From the IMG/VR virus record IMGVR_UViG_3300012953_000219, positions 1-24,344 of that record: a DNA stretch of 24,344 bases; one strand, given 5' to 3'. A program made the translations under genes and the position numbers. Positions 1 through 8,603 of the stretch are shown piece after piece. The stretch's first letter is position 1. Each line of letters begins with the position of its first letter. The notes beneath the pieces were generated by a model. It was given only the letters and a program-made list of their open reading frames with translations, was not told where the DNA came from and searched no databases. Source of the DNA: a virus (Duplodnaviria; Caudoviricetes).

Positions 1-3000
1 ATCTGATCAATGTTAATCTTACCAGAAGATGTTAACTGAACAAGAGCAGATGGAACTGCGTTTGTAGAATATGGTTGGTTTAGATATGGTCCTAAGTTGT
101 TTGAAATATAATCTCTAACAGATGCCTGTGTAGGTAGTAGTGCATCAGATGCAAATGTTCCACCTAAATCATCATCAGCAGAGAAACCAGTAATTGTAAT
201 AGCACCACCAACAATCTTAATAGATGATAGTTCAGAGATACTAACAGTACCAACGAAACTAATAGCACCAGTTCTGTTGAAGATTGTAACAAAGTTACCA
301 ACTTTAAAGTCACCAAATTCGTTTGTACCTGATGTATAAACTTGTCCAAATGATTCTTCTGCAGCTTCGTACGCACTTCCTAATCCAAATCCACCATTCT
401 GAGGTAGAGCAGCATAGGTGTTACCAGATCCAGAGTATTCCCAAGTGTGTGATGATGAGTTACATACGGATGGTCTGTGGAATTTAATTGTTTTACCAAC
501 AAGACTACTTAAATTACCATTAGCATAACTGTACACAGTTCCATTACTACTATCAGTGTAGCTCATGGCTATATTAGTTGTTATCTTAGCAACAACCTGT
601 GTACCAGGAGCACCACTAACTGTTTCAGTTTCTAGAATAATAGTCTCGATAGCAGGGTTAGTTAGAGTTGTTCCATCAATTTTAATGATATAATCTTCAA
701 CTGGAATGTTAGTTAGTGTTGTACCAGATACTTGAATAACTTGTCTACCTGATTCAACTCCATTATTATCAGTGTCATTAGTAACAGAATCAATAACACC
801 AATATCAAAACTATATGCTTCTGCTCTAAATCCAGTTGCCCTTAAAGAATAAGTACCAAAGTTAGATGCTGAGTTAGTAACAGATGCATAACCACCAGAC
901 TGACATACGATACCATCTTGACAGAAAATAGCGAACACAGAAACCAACTGAGTGTAACCATCGTTAGTAACGTTATACGCAGTACCACCAAAACATATAA
1001 TGGTGAATGCGTTTGCAACCATTGACTTACCTTGTGGGTCAAACTGTGCAACTGAATTACCTTGTGCATTCAGTTTTAAACCAGGTCTAGGTACGTTAGG
1101 TGTAGCAACTTTAGCACCGTCAATATCACAACCTGATCCACCCAAGAAGGAGATTAGGGATGAGTTCTGGATGTAAGGTGATGCCTCGATAACAGGCAAA
1201 TCTAAGAAAATATTTACTAGTGGGAACGTATACTTAGCAGCATCTTGTTCAGTAACAAGTGGATCTGGATTTGTTGTTGTTCCACTGTATAGAGATGCAC
1301 TAGAAAGAACGTTATCTAATATACCCCAATTTGTAGTTAATGCAGATACTACATTAGCACACTCAGGTGCAGATGGATCTACAGTAATAGAACCATTAGA
1401 AAATGGAGTAATCTGTGAGAAGAAACCTGCTTCTAAATCGTTTCTAATTGCTTTAATACATAACTCTTTAGCGTATGCATATACTGCACGAGAGTATTCT
1501 ACTTCTTCTGTTATATGTGCTATAGCACCACTAGAGATGTATAAGTTTGCAGCTTCTACAATCTTAGAGTTACCACCATAACGTAAGTCGTATTGGAATG
1601 CTCTAACGATATGAAGAATATCATCAAGACATTGTTGATCTCCCTCAGATACAGTTCTTGTTACAGCACTTAAGTTTCCGTATGAACCATCAGTACCTAA
1701 TGCATTAGTTACAATAGTAAAGAGGGTATCAATTGCAGAAACGACGTTGGCACATGTTGGATTGGTTGCAGTTGTATCTGTAGCGTGAGCAAGACTGTCA
1801 GTTCCTATTGCTACTTCAACTATAGAGAATAAAGTATCAATTGTTGATTTGACAGTAGCACATCCACCAGGATCTACTGTAATTGTTAAATCTTTAGATT
1901 GTTCTAATCCATGCCAACCTCTTATGTTAACAGTTTCATTAGCACAAACCTGTTGAGCAATACCACTTGCTACCTCGAATACTGCTCTTGCTTGGAATTC
2001 CTCACCATCTACATGAGTAGTGCCAACAAAGTAACCTGCATGATCATAAACTGCATCATTACCACCATGAGCAACGTTGTATGCAACAGCTCTTAATACA
2101 TCAGAAGCATCATCCTTACAATTATCATTATGACCAGGAATTGTGAAACCAGGATCATTGATCGGATCAGTTGATCTAGGATATGCCTTAGTGCTTTGGT
2201 CACCATATGTACAACTTAACTGTAATGATTCTCTAGCAATCTTGATTGTAGAAGTTGCGTAACTAAGACTATCAGCAGTAGCAGATGAGAATGTCCAAGC
2301 AGATGTCGGAGTTTTAGCACCAAATAAAATATCAAATGTGTTTGTAGTTACGTTCGCAATTGGTAACCACTTATTATCCGATGCATCACTTGCACCTGGA
2401 AGAGCACCGTTATTGAATGTAATTGCACTTGTTGCTAACTTAATTTTATCTCCTGTTGAGAAACCATGGTTAGCAATGGTGATTGTCATTAAACCCGATG
2501 TTGGATTAAATGTTGCTCCAGTTGGAGTATGTGTTGTTGGTGCAGTAAATGTATTTGCCCCAATGGTCATTGTCAATGCACCTGAAGTTGCATTGTAAGA
2601 ACCTGCAGAAGGAAGATAATTATTAATAGTAGATGCAGTTGCTCTCTTAACACCGTTAGTATTAGCAGATGCAAATACGTGTGCATAGTTACCACCCTGT
2701 GTAACTGAGTTATTAAGAGCAGAATCAAATACGTGTGTTGTTGTGTTAGATGACTTACCAACATCAAGTGTAATAGTAGTACCACTTACTGCAGTTACTG
2801 TAACAGCAGTATCATATGACCTATCACGTTTTTGTTTAATGCCATTGGTGACTGCAGATACAAATGTATGAGTATCAGTATTTGTAGAAGGTTGAGTTTC
2901 TAAAACTTGTAATGTAAAGTTTGTTGCGTCTACAAGAGTTACTTTTTGCCATTTGCCAGCAATAAAATCAGTAGAACGTGGATATGTTTTATTAGTTGGT

Positions 3001-6000
3001 GTACCACCGTAAGCACAACTGAATGTTATACTATCATTATCAAACTTAACCCAATCTCCAGTTCTCATTCCATGAGCAGAAGTTGTGGTAACATTCATAA
3101 TACCCGTTGTTGGGTTATATGTTGTACCAGTGGTTGCAGTATGGGTGTCAATAGTTGCACGAGGATATGCATGTTGTGTTGCTTGACTATCCTCATCACA
3201 CTTAAATGTGATTGCACCTTGTGTAAGTTTAATTGATGTATTAGCAGTAATTGTATGATTACCAATAGTCAATTCCATCAATCCTGTAGTAGGATCGTAA
3301 GTTGCACCTGAAGGAGTGTAAGTTACTGGTAATGTAGTACCAACGTTTACAGTAAATGTATTATTAGTAATGTTGCCTACAGTTAACCAATTATTAGCTA
3401 TTGGATCAGTTGATCTTGGATATGGATGCAATGAGAATTGATCATCCATATCACATCTAAAGGTCAATGAATTGACTGCAATCTGAATTTTTTCACCTGC
3501 AGTAAATCCATGATTATTAATAGTTACTGTTAATACTCCAGTAGCAGGTTCGTATGCTGCTCCAGTTACTGTGTGCTGTGTAAATCCAACATCATTATAA
3601 ACCACTGCTCTTTCAACTGCATTAGCATTAGCACTAGACCATGTATGTGCAGTTATGTTAGAAGATACTCCTACCTGAACACGAATTTGATTAGCATCTA
3701 ATACCTGAACACCAATCCATTTGTTATACCATGGATCAGTAACACGAGGATATGATTGAATAGATGCACCACTATCTTGTGCACATGTAAACTTGATTGA
3801 TTCTGCAGCAAATTTAACTCTATCTCCATCAACAAATGGATGAGCTGCAATAGTCAAATCCATATATCCAGTAATAGGATTATATGCACCTCCAGTTGGT
3901 TGGAATTGATATGTTGAGGTTCCTTGGAAAGTATGTGTAGATGTATTTGTTGGTGTTGTACCGTTTAATGCATTGATTGTAATGTCATTACCCGCTACAG
4001 TTTCAATAGGAACATCAGTCAAACTAGAGATATAACGTTCTACTGCTTCTGCTGCAATAAATTTATTGTTTGCATTAAGTAAATTGGCAGCATCAGCAAC
4101 ACTATTATTAATAACATTATCTAAAGTTGTTAATTCATAATGTTGAGGGTGAGTGCTATGTGGATCTCTAAGAATTGGTAAGTTACGTATAACTTTTGCA
4201 GCATAACCTTTTGCATAGTTAAAGGCTTCTACATACTTACTTTGATTACTTGTAACTACCTGTGTAATGAAGTAATTAGCAGCATCATATACTCTATCAT
4301 TACCACCCCATTTTAAGTTGTGGTAAATAGATTTTTCAAGAAAATCTTTAATATCGTCAGTACAGTTCTGTGTGCCACCTGTTACAGTGTATGATGGGTT
4401 TGCAGCAAGCATTCTCTTAACTGCTACCTCAGCAATCATTTCAGCATTTGCAGCAAGTGCATCAGCAGCATCAGCTTGTTTATTATTATATGGGAAACTA
4501 TTTGGAGTTCTAAATGGTTTTCTTATATCTTCAAAAGTACCGTCTGTTCCAGTAGCACTTCCGATAGAATTAATACCAATATTAAGAACAAAAATTCTAT
4601 TATCAACAACATCATCAATAGCCCATGTTCCATTAATTCCTGCTGTGCTACTACCTGCAATTACAACACCAGCAGAAACACCAACGTTTGCTGTGATTGT
4701 TGTTGGACTTACAGAAGTAATTGCAATCGCAGTATTGTATGCGGGATCTGTTGATCTTGGATATGAATGACTTGTTGAGTAATTATCTCTACTACACTTA
4801 AATGCTAATTTACCAGCACCAATAGTTACAGTATCAGCAGTTGTAAATGAGTGAGACCCAATTGTCATCACCATTTCACCTGTAACAGCATCATAAGTTG
4901 CTGAGGTTACATCTTTCTGAACACTACCAGCTGTAATTGTAATAGCGTTAGTTACTGTGCCACCAGTATATTGGTGAACATGGTTTCTAAATCCTGGTTG
5001 AATATTATGTCCAGTATTAACTTTAACTGTAAGTTTACCAGCACCAAAACTCCATGAACTAATTGGTGTAGTAATTACTTCTGTTAAAGCATTGAATGTC
5101 GTAGGTCCAATTACTAAGTTACTAGATCTAGTGGCAGAATTTTCATGATGAGACTTAACATATCCGTATGCTTCTTCTGCAATAAATTCTTGGTTGTTTC
5201 TAATTGATTCAGCACCATCTCTGTAACGATCTGTCTGAGAGATTTTGGTAAATCCATAAGGAGAGTTCCTTAATGATGCTAACACGTAGTTGTTAGAAGC
5301 AATAACTGATTGGTTACCAGTTGGATTTAAAGTAGCACTAACATTACTAAACTCACCTCTAACTACAAACTGAGTAGAATAACCATCAGCACGTTCAATA
5401 CGATGAGTAATATACTTACGTCCATTTAGATCTGAAGTATTATCTAAGATACTAACAGTTGATCCTGTTGCAGTTGCAGTGTTTGTTGTAGATTGAATAT
5501 CTGCTACTTTAAGTACAAAAGTAATAGTAGTGTTTGAACTATTATATCTACCATAACCCATACCCAATGCAGTATTAGTTGGTAGTGTTGGAGTTCCACT
5601 TCCTAGTGAGAAATTAGCAATATGATATGTCTTACTTAATGCTTCCGATCCAGATCCACTAAAGTTAAACTTTACACCACATTCCCCAAGAGTTAACCAG
5701 TTGCTGAATAATGCACTTGTTAAAGTATTGTCTGCAGTACTTACAGTAACCGTAACTTTACCACTAGCTAAAGACCAAGAAGTATTAGTAGAAGCACCAA
5801 AATTAATTGCAGAACTTTGGAATCCATAAAGGATAATTTCTTGACCAACTTCATAGTCATGGAACCCAGTTGTAGTCGTATTAATAATAGGACCACTATA
5901 AGCCGCTTGAGTTGCAAGTGAGGTGTCTAGAGTTGTTACAGATAATAATTTATCCGCAACATCAAATCTATGATATCCAAATCCAGGTGTAGTGATACTA

Positions 6001-8030
6001 AGAGTTACAGGATTATCAGTAACACCATCAGCAGCTTTCTGTACAGCGTCAGCAGCAGATGCTGCAAGTCTTATCCAGTTATTATTTTCTTTATAAACAT
6101 AGTAAGTTGTATCAGCAGCAAGACCAGTGATTCCACCCATCTTACTTGAACGATATATTACTCCATCTCCAGTTGCAAATCCATGAGTATCAATAAAGAT
6201 ATTGTTACTCTCTGGCATAATATTACCAGTAGTAAACCTGTGAAGTGAAGTATCTGCAGATACTCCTGTTATATCTTTTCTACCTGTTGTTGAAGTAGTT
6301 GTAGTAGCGTTTGTCCAATTATCAAAAAGTTGAATAGAATTGGCATCAATTTTTCTTACGTAATAAACACTAGTGTCTATTAAACCACCTAATGCTGTAG
6401 TGTTCTCATCTTTCTGATAATAAACCTGATCTCCTGTATTAAGGGTGTGAGCAGTAATTGTAATAGTATCAGTAGTTGTATTGACTTTAGTAGCATCAGC
6501 AGCAAAAGCAATTGTTTCTCTCTCAGCATTAATAGTATGCTGATAAATTTGGTTAGATATTGTTTCTAATTCTGGTCTTAATGATTCAGCATCAGAAACG
6601 TCAAATCTGTCAGAAGGACTGTTATTAAGGTCAGTGACAATGTTCGCTGCTACAGCGTCATAGAACACCTTCTCAGCGTCTTGGAAGACATCATTAACAC
6701 CTGAGGTAATAAGTATCTCAACACTACCAGTGGAGTATGGAGACGCAGTAGGACCTGTGAAATTAATAGTTTGAATTGTACCCAGTGTACCTGAAGATCC
6801 ACCTTGTACAAAATAACCAGTTTGTAGAGTTGTATTGCTACCTGTGTGGTTGGTAAATGTAACTTTGAATATGTTATCACCACGGAATTTATCACCAGGT
6901 ATTGATGGAATTTGTCCTAATTCTGGTTCGTAGTAAAGTCTTTGTTTATCGTCAAATACGAATGCATACTTCCAAGTATGAATTACAGTACTCTGTGGGT
7001 CTGATGGGTTTTGTAGTGCATCTCTGAATACAACACCGAAGATGTATGTTTCATTAGATGCCTTGACCATATGACGATCTTGGTTCTGAGGTCTAAGAAT
7101 AACTCTTCTTAAGTTGTCACCAACAAGTGAACAGTTTCTAGGAAGTGATATTGGGTTATCTTCAAAGTATTCACCACCAGATACAATCAATGTTACATAC
7201 TCATCACTAGGATCTGGAGTTGCCTTCTGCAATCCGTATGCAATTTGAGCACCTTTCTTAACTGTTTTTACTGGTCTTGCAGCAGATCTACCATCGTTAT
7301 CATCACTACCAATAGTTTGTGACACGTAAACACGACCACCAGTGTCATTAGTGGCAACTTTATATACAAAATCAGTGGTTGCTATTCTTCTAGACTGATC
7401 AGTTAGGGGAGGTGTGTCAGCAGTTGGGAAGAATGTGGTTCCAAAAGTAGGACTTGTTACATCTGTATCTTCAAAGTTAACTAAGTTTGGAGCACGAAGA
7501 GCAAGTGCAGGGTTGATAATTGTGGTAATATCAAGGTTTGTGACCTGTGCAGTATCAGAAATGATAGAACGAGTTGTTCTAATCTGTCCTTCAACGTCTA
7601 GCTCATACTGAGGATCATTAGTATTGACACCTATACGAATATTATTTGCTTGGTTCTGGTTTACAACTAGAGCATCTTTTTCATTAGCACCTGTACCTAC
7701 AGCTAATTCAATAGATTCATCACCTTGAAGTTGTAAAGAACGTACCTTTTTATATGCAAGAGTATTACCTGCAGTGATTACACCTAAATTTGAACTACTA
7801 AAACTTAAATTATCATCATCTACTTTCGTAACCGTGTAAGTTCCATCAGTCTCACCGCCAGTTAAAAAGTCAATATAGAGTTTTTCACTGCCTATGAAAC
7901 CATGGGCAACAGAAACTATATTAACAACTCCTGCAGCTGTTCGACTATACGTTGCGTTTGTCCAAGCACCTGTGGGTTTTACACCAGAAGCCTCAATTCT
8001 CTGTTGTTGGGAATTAAACTTAAGACTCAT
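1..8030 (-). CDS. Giant virion structural / tail-fibre-like protein, >2676 aa, 3' end beyond window (missing from ORF track)
   Basis: ATG at 8030-8028 with AGGA upstream. Manual translation (MSLKFNSQQQRIEASG...) showed no stop in the parts read, and the left edge (...TSSGKINIDQ) is in the same frame. Fibre motifs IGVNTNDPQYELDVEG, PTADTP..IATTDFV and PTQASVRDYI. Beta-helix cap VYVSQTIGSDDNDGRSAARPVKTV..GGEYFEDNPISLPRNCSLVGDNLRRV. Multiple internal repeat modules. Confidence 0.93.
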   Translation of the reverse strand, partial: MSLKFNSQQQRIEASGVKPTGAWTNATYSRTAAGVVNIVSVAHGFIGSEKLYIDFLTGGETDGTYTVTKVDDDNLSFSSSNLGVITAGNTLAYKKVRSLQLQGDESIELAVGTGANEKDALVVNQNQANNIRIGVNTNDPQYELDVEGQIRTTRSIISDTAQVTNLDITTIINPALALRAPNLVNFEDTDVTSPTFGTTFFPTADTPPLTDQSRRIATTDFVYKVATNDTGGRVYVSQTIGSDDNDGRSAARPVKTVKKGAQIAYGLQKATPDPSDEYVTLIVSGGEYFEDNPISLPRNCSLVGDNLRRVILRPQNQDRHMVKASNETYIFGVVFRDALQNPSDPQSTVIHTWKYAFVFDDKQRLYYEPELGQIPSIPGDKFRGDNIFKVTFTNHTGSNTTLQTGYFVQGGSSGTLGTIQTINFTGPTASPYSTGSVEILITSGVNDVFQDAEKVFYDAVAANIVTDLNNSPSDRFDVSDAESLRPELETISNQIYQHTINAERETIAFAADATKVNTTTDTITITAHTLNTGDQVYYQKDENTTALGGLIDTSVYYVRKIDANSIQLFDNWTNATTTTSTTGRKDITGVSADTSLHRFTTGNIMPESNNIFIDTHGFATGDGVIYRSSKMGGITGLAADTTYYVYKENNNWIRLAASAADAVQKAADGVTDNPVTLSITTPGFGYHRFDVADKLLSVTTLDTSLATQAAYSGPIINTTTTGFHDYEVGQEIILYGFQSSAINFGASTNTSWSLASGKVTVTVSTADNTLTSALFSNWLTLGECGVKFNFSGSGSEALSKTYHIANFSLGSGTPTLPTNTALGMGYGRYNSSNTTITFVLKVADIQSTTNTATATGSTVSILDNTSDLNGRKYITHRIERADGYSTQFVVRGEFSNVSATLNPTGNQSVIASNNYVLASLRNSPYGFTKISQTDRYRDGAESIRNNQEFIAEEAYGYVKSHHENSATRSSNLVIGPTTFNALTEVITTPISSWSFGAGKLTVKVNTGHNIQPGFRNHVHQYTGGTVTNAITITAGSVQKDVTSATYDAVTGEMVMTIGSHSFTTADTVTIGAGKLAFKCSRDNYSTSHSYPRSTDPAYNTAIAITSVSPTTITANVGVSAGVVIAGSSTAGINGTWAIDDVVDNRIFVLNIGINSIGSATGTDGTFEDIRKPFRTPNSFPYNNKQADAADALAANAEMIAEVAVKRMLAANPSYTVTGGTQNCTDDIKDFLEKSIYHNLKWGGNDRVYDAANYFITQVVTSNQSKYVEAFNYAKGYAAKVIRNLPILRDPHSTHPQHYELTTLDNVINNSVADAANLLNANNKFIAAEAVERYISSLTDVPIETVAGNDITINALNGTTPTNTSTHTFQGTSTYQFQPTGGAYNPITGYMDLTIAAHPFVDGDRVKFAAESIKFTCAQDSGASIQSYPRVTDPWYNKWIGVQVLDANQIRVQVGVSSNITAHTWSSANANAVERAVVYNDVGFTQHTVTGAAYEPATGVLTVTINNHGFTAGEKIQIAVNSLTFRCDMDDQFSLHPYPRSTDPIANNWLTVGNITNNTFTVNVGTTLPVTYTPSGATYDPTTGLMELTIGNHTITANTSIKLTQGAITFKCDEDSQATQHAYPRATIDTHTATTGTTYNPTTGIMNVTTTSAHGMRTGDWVKFDNDSITFSCAYGGTPTNKTYPRSTDFIAGKWQKVTLVDATNFTLQVLETQPSTNTDTHTFVSAVTNGIKQKRDRSYDTAVTVTAVSGTTITLDVGKSSNTTTHVFDSALNNSVTQGGNYAHVFASANTNGVKRATASTINNYLPSAGSYNATSGALTMTIGANTFTAPTTHTPTGATFNPTSGLMTITIANHGFSTGDKIKLATSAITFNNGALPGASDASDNKWLPIANVTTNTFDILFGAKTPTSAWTFSSATADSLSYATSTIKIARESLQLSCTYGDQSTKAYPRSTDPINDPGFTIPGHNDNCKDDASDVLRAVAYNVAHGGNDAVYDHAGYFVGTTHVDGEEFQARAVFEVASGIAQQVCANETVNIRGWHGLEQSKDLTITVDPGGCATVKSTIDTLFSIVEVAIGTDSLAHATDTTATNPTCANVVSAIDTLFTIVTNALGTDGSYGNLSAVTRTVSEGDQQCLDDILHIVRAFQYDLRYGGNSKIVEAANLYISSGAIAHITEEVEYSRAVYAYAKELCIKAIRNDLEAGFFSQITPFSNGSITVDPSAPECANVVSALTTNWGILDNVLSSASLYSGTTTNPDPLVTEQDAAKYTFPLVNIFLDLPVIEASPYIQNSSLISFLGGSGCDIDGAKVATPNVPRPGLKLNAQGNSVAQFDPQGKSMVANAFTIICFGGTAYNVTNDGYTQLVSVFAIFCQDGIVCQSGGYASVTNSASNFGTYSLRATGFRAEAYSFDIGVIDSVTNDTDNNGVESGRQVIQVSGTTLTNIPVEDYIIKIDGTTLTNPAIETIILETETVSGAPGTQVVAKITTNIAMSYTDSSNGTVYSYANGNLSSLVGKTIKFHRPSVCNSSSHTWEYSGSGNTYAALPQNGGFGLGSAYEAAEESFGQVYTSGTNEFGDFKVGNFVTIFNRTGAISFVGTVSISELSSIKIVGGAITITGFSADDDLGGTFASDALLPTQASVRDYISNNLGPYLNQPYSTNAVPSALVQLTSSGKINIDQ
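1305..5228 (-). repeat. Three copies of an alpha-helical module (DA...I..N..FIA.EA / C.DD.......Y.L..GGN..VY.AA..Y / ..TVD...CA.V.S.I.TL..I)
   Basis: First helix at ~5228, ~4478, ~4100. C.DD...GGN segments at ~4365, ~2120, ~1630. Terminal CA.V helices at ~1862, ~1754, ~1361. Confidence 0.8.
2160..4985 (-). repeat. Seven copies of a ~100-aa beta module (YxPxTG..TI..H.F..GD.I......F.C..D.....YPRSTDP...W..V......T.NVG.....HTF..A..N.I)
   Basis: YPR boxes at ~4744-4765, 3733-3754, 3403-3424, ~3150-3169, 2965-2986 and 2164-2185. A seventh degenerate copy (~2530-2260) lacks the Cys/YPR loop. Confidence 0.85.
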
Positions 8031-8040
8031 TTATCAATCC

Positions 8041-8574
8041 TTACGATACGAGTGTGATGTCTACAATACCAATCCACTTAACTGTGGAACTGGATGTTAC
8101 TGATTTAACTTCAAAAGTAAAATACGGACTTCCACCAATTTGAATAGCGTCTGGAGTAACACTCCAAACCTCTTGTCCTGGTGGATTCGCAGCAATAATG
8201 TTTTCATATGAAGCAGCGACAGAAGGAACTCCTGTTGCTGATACGGTAACAACTATATCAAATGTAGTAGCGTAAACATAAGTGTTAGTTGTTGTTTCTT
8301 GACCAAATACTCTTGCTTTTACAAAAGCAACTCTATCTGCAGCAAGTGCAGGTGTGTTAGTTGTTAAAGCAGTAGTACCATCTAATGTCAACTGCAATGT
8401 ATTATTTGCAGCGTCAGTCTGTCTTTTGAGAATATAAACATCATGATTTGCATCAGTGAAATTGTCACTGGTCATATGCATAGCTGATATGTTCTTAAGT
8501 TCGTAACTTGTGTTAAGAATTTCTTTAGAACCTACAGCGTATCCTCCGACTGATGAGAAATTTTTAGTTGGCAT
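8041..8574 (-). CDS. 177-aa virion structural protein, beta-rich (possible fibre adaptor/accessory)
   Basis: ORF fills the gap between the two giant genes. GAGGT SD at 8586-8590, TATAAATA upstream, and codon style like its neighbours. Confidence 0.85.
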   Translation of the reverse strand: MPTKNFSSVGGYAVGSKEILNTSYELKNISAMHMTSDNFTDANHDVYILKRQTDAANNTLQLTLDGTTALTTNTPALAADRVAFVKARVFGQETTTNTYVYATTFDIVVTVSATGVPSVAASYENIIAANPPGQEVWSVTPDAIQIGGSPYFTFEVKSVTSSSTVKWIGIVDITLVS

Positions 8575-8595
8575 GACGTTAGATTACCTCAGGTT

Positions 8596-8603
8596 TATTT
8601 ATA
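8596..8603 (-). promoter_or_regulatory. T4-type late promoter TATAAATA overlapping the stop codon of the 2506-aa gene
   Basis: Plus strand tatttata at 8596-8603 is TATAAATA on minus, the exact T4 gp55 late consensus, about 20 nt upstream of the 177-aa gene start. Confidence 0.75.

Noticed and set aside
2164-4765. 22-nt repeats as a CRISPR array or DGR template/variable repeats
   Set aside because: Spacing is irregular (hundreds to >1000 nt), all copies are in-frame coding, and there are no cas or reverse transcriptase genes and no long adenine-specific repeat pair.
4974-4985. HxH motifs (NHVH here, VHYH in the 558-aa protein) as T4 gp37-type iron sites
   Set aside because: They are isolated single occurrences without the repeated His-box context.
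1200-6950. The ~1900-aa insert as an intein or intron
   Set aside because: No Hint-domain termini (C/S...HN-C/S/T), no homing endonuclease motifs and no frame break were seen. The insert consists of structural repeat modules.
164-7611. Short ORFs on both strands in the left 8 kb (e.g. 164..376, 2338..2598, 4372..4770, 6650..6895)
   Set aside because: All lie within the continuous 1..8030 minus-strand gene. They are alternate-frame or antisense shadows with L/V-rich or C/S-rich composition.
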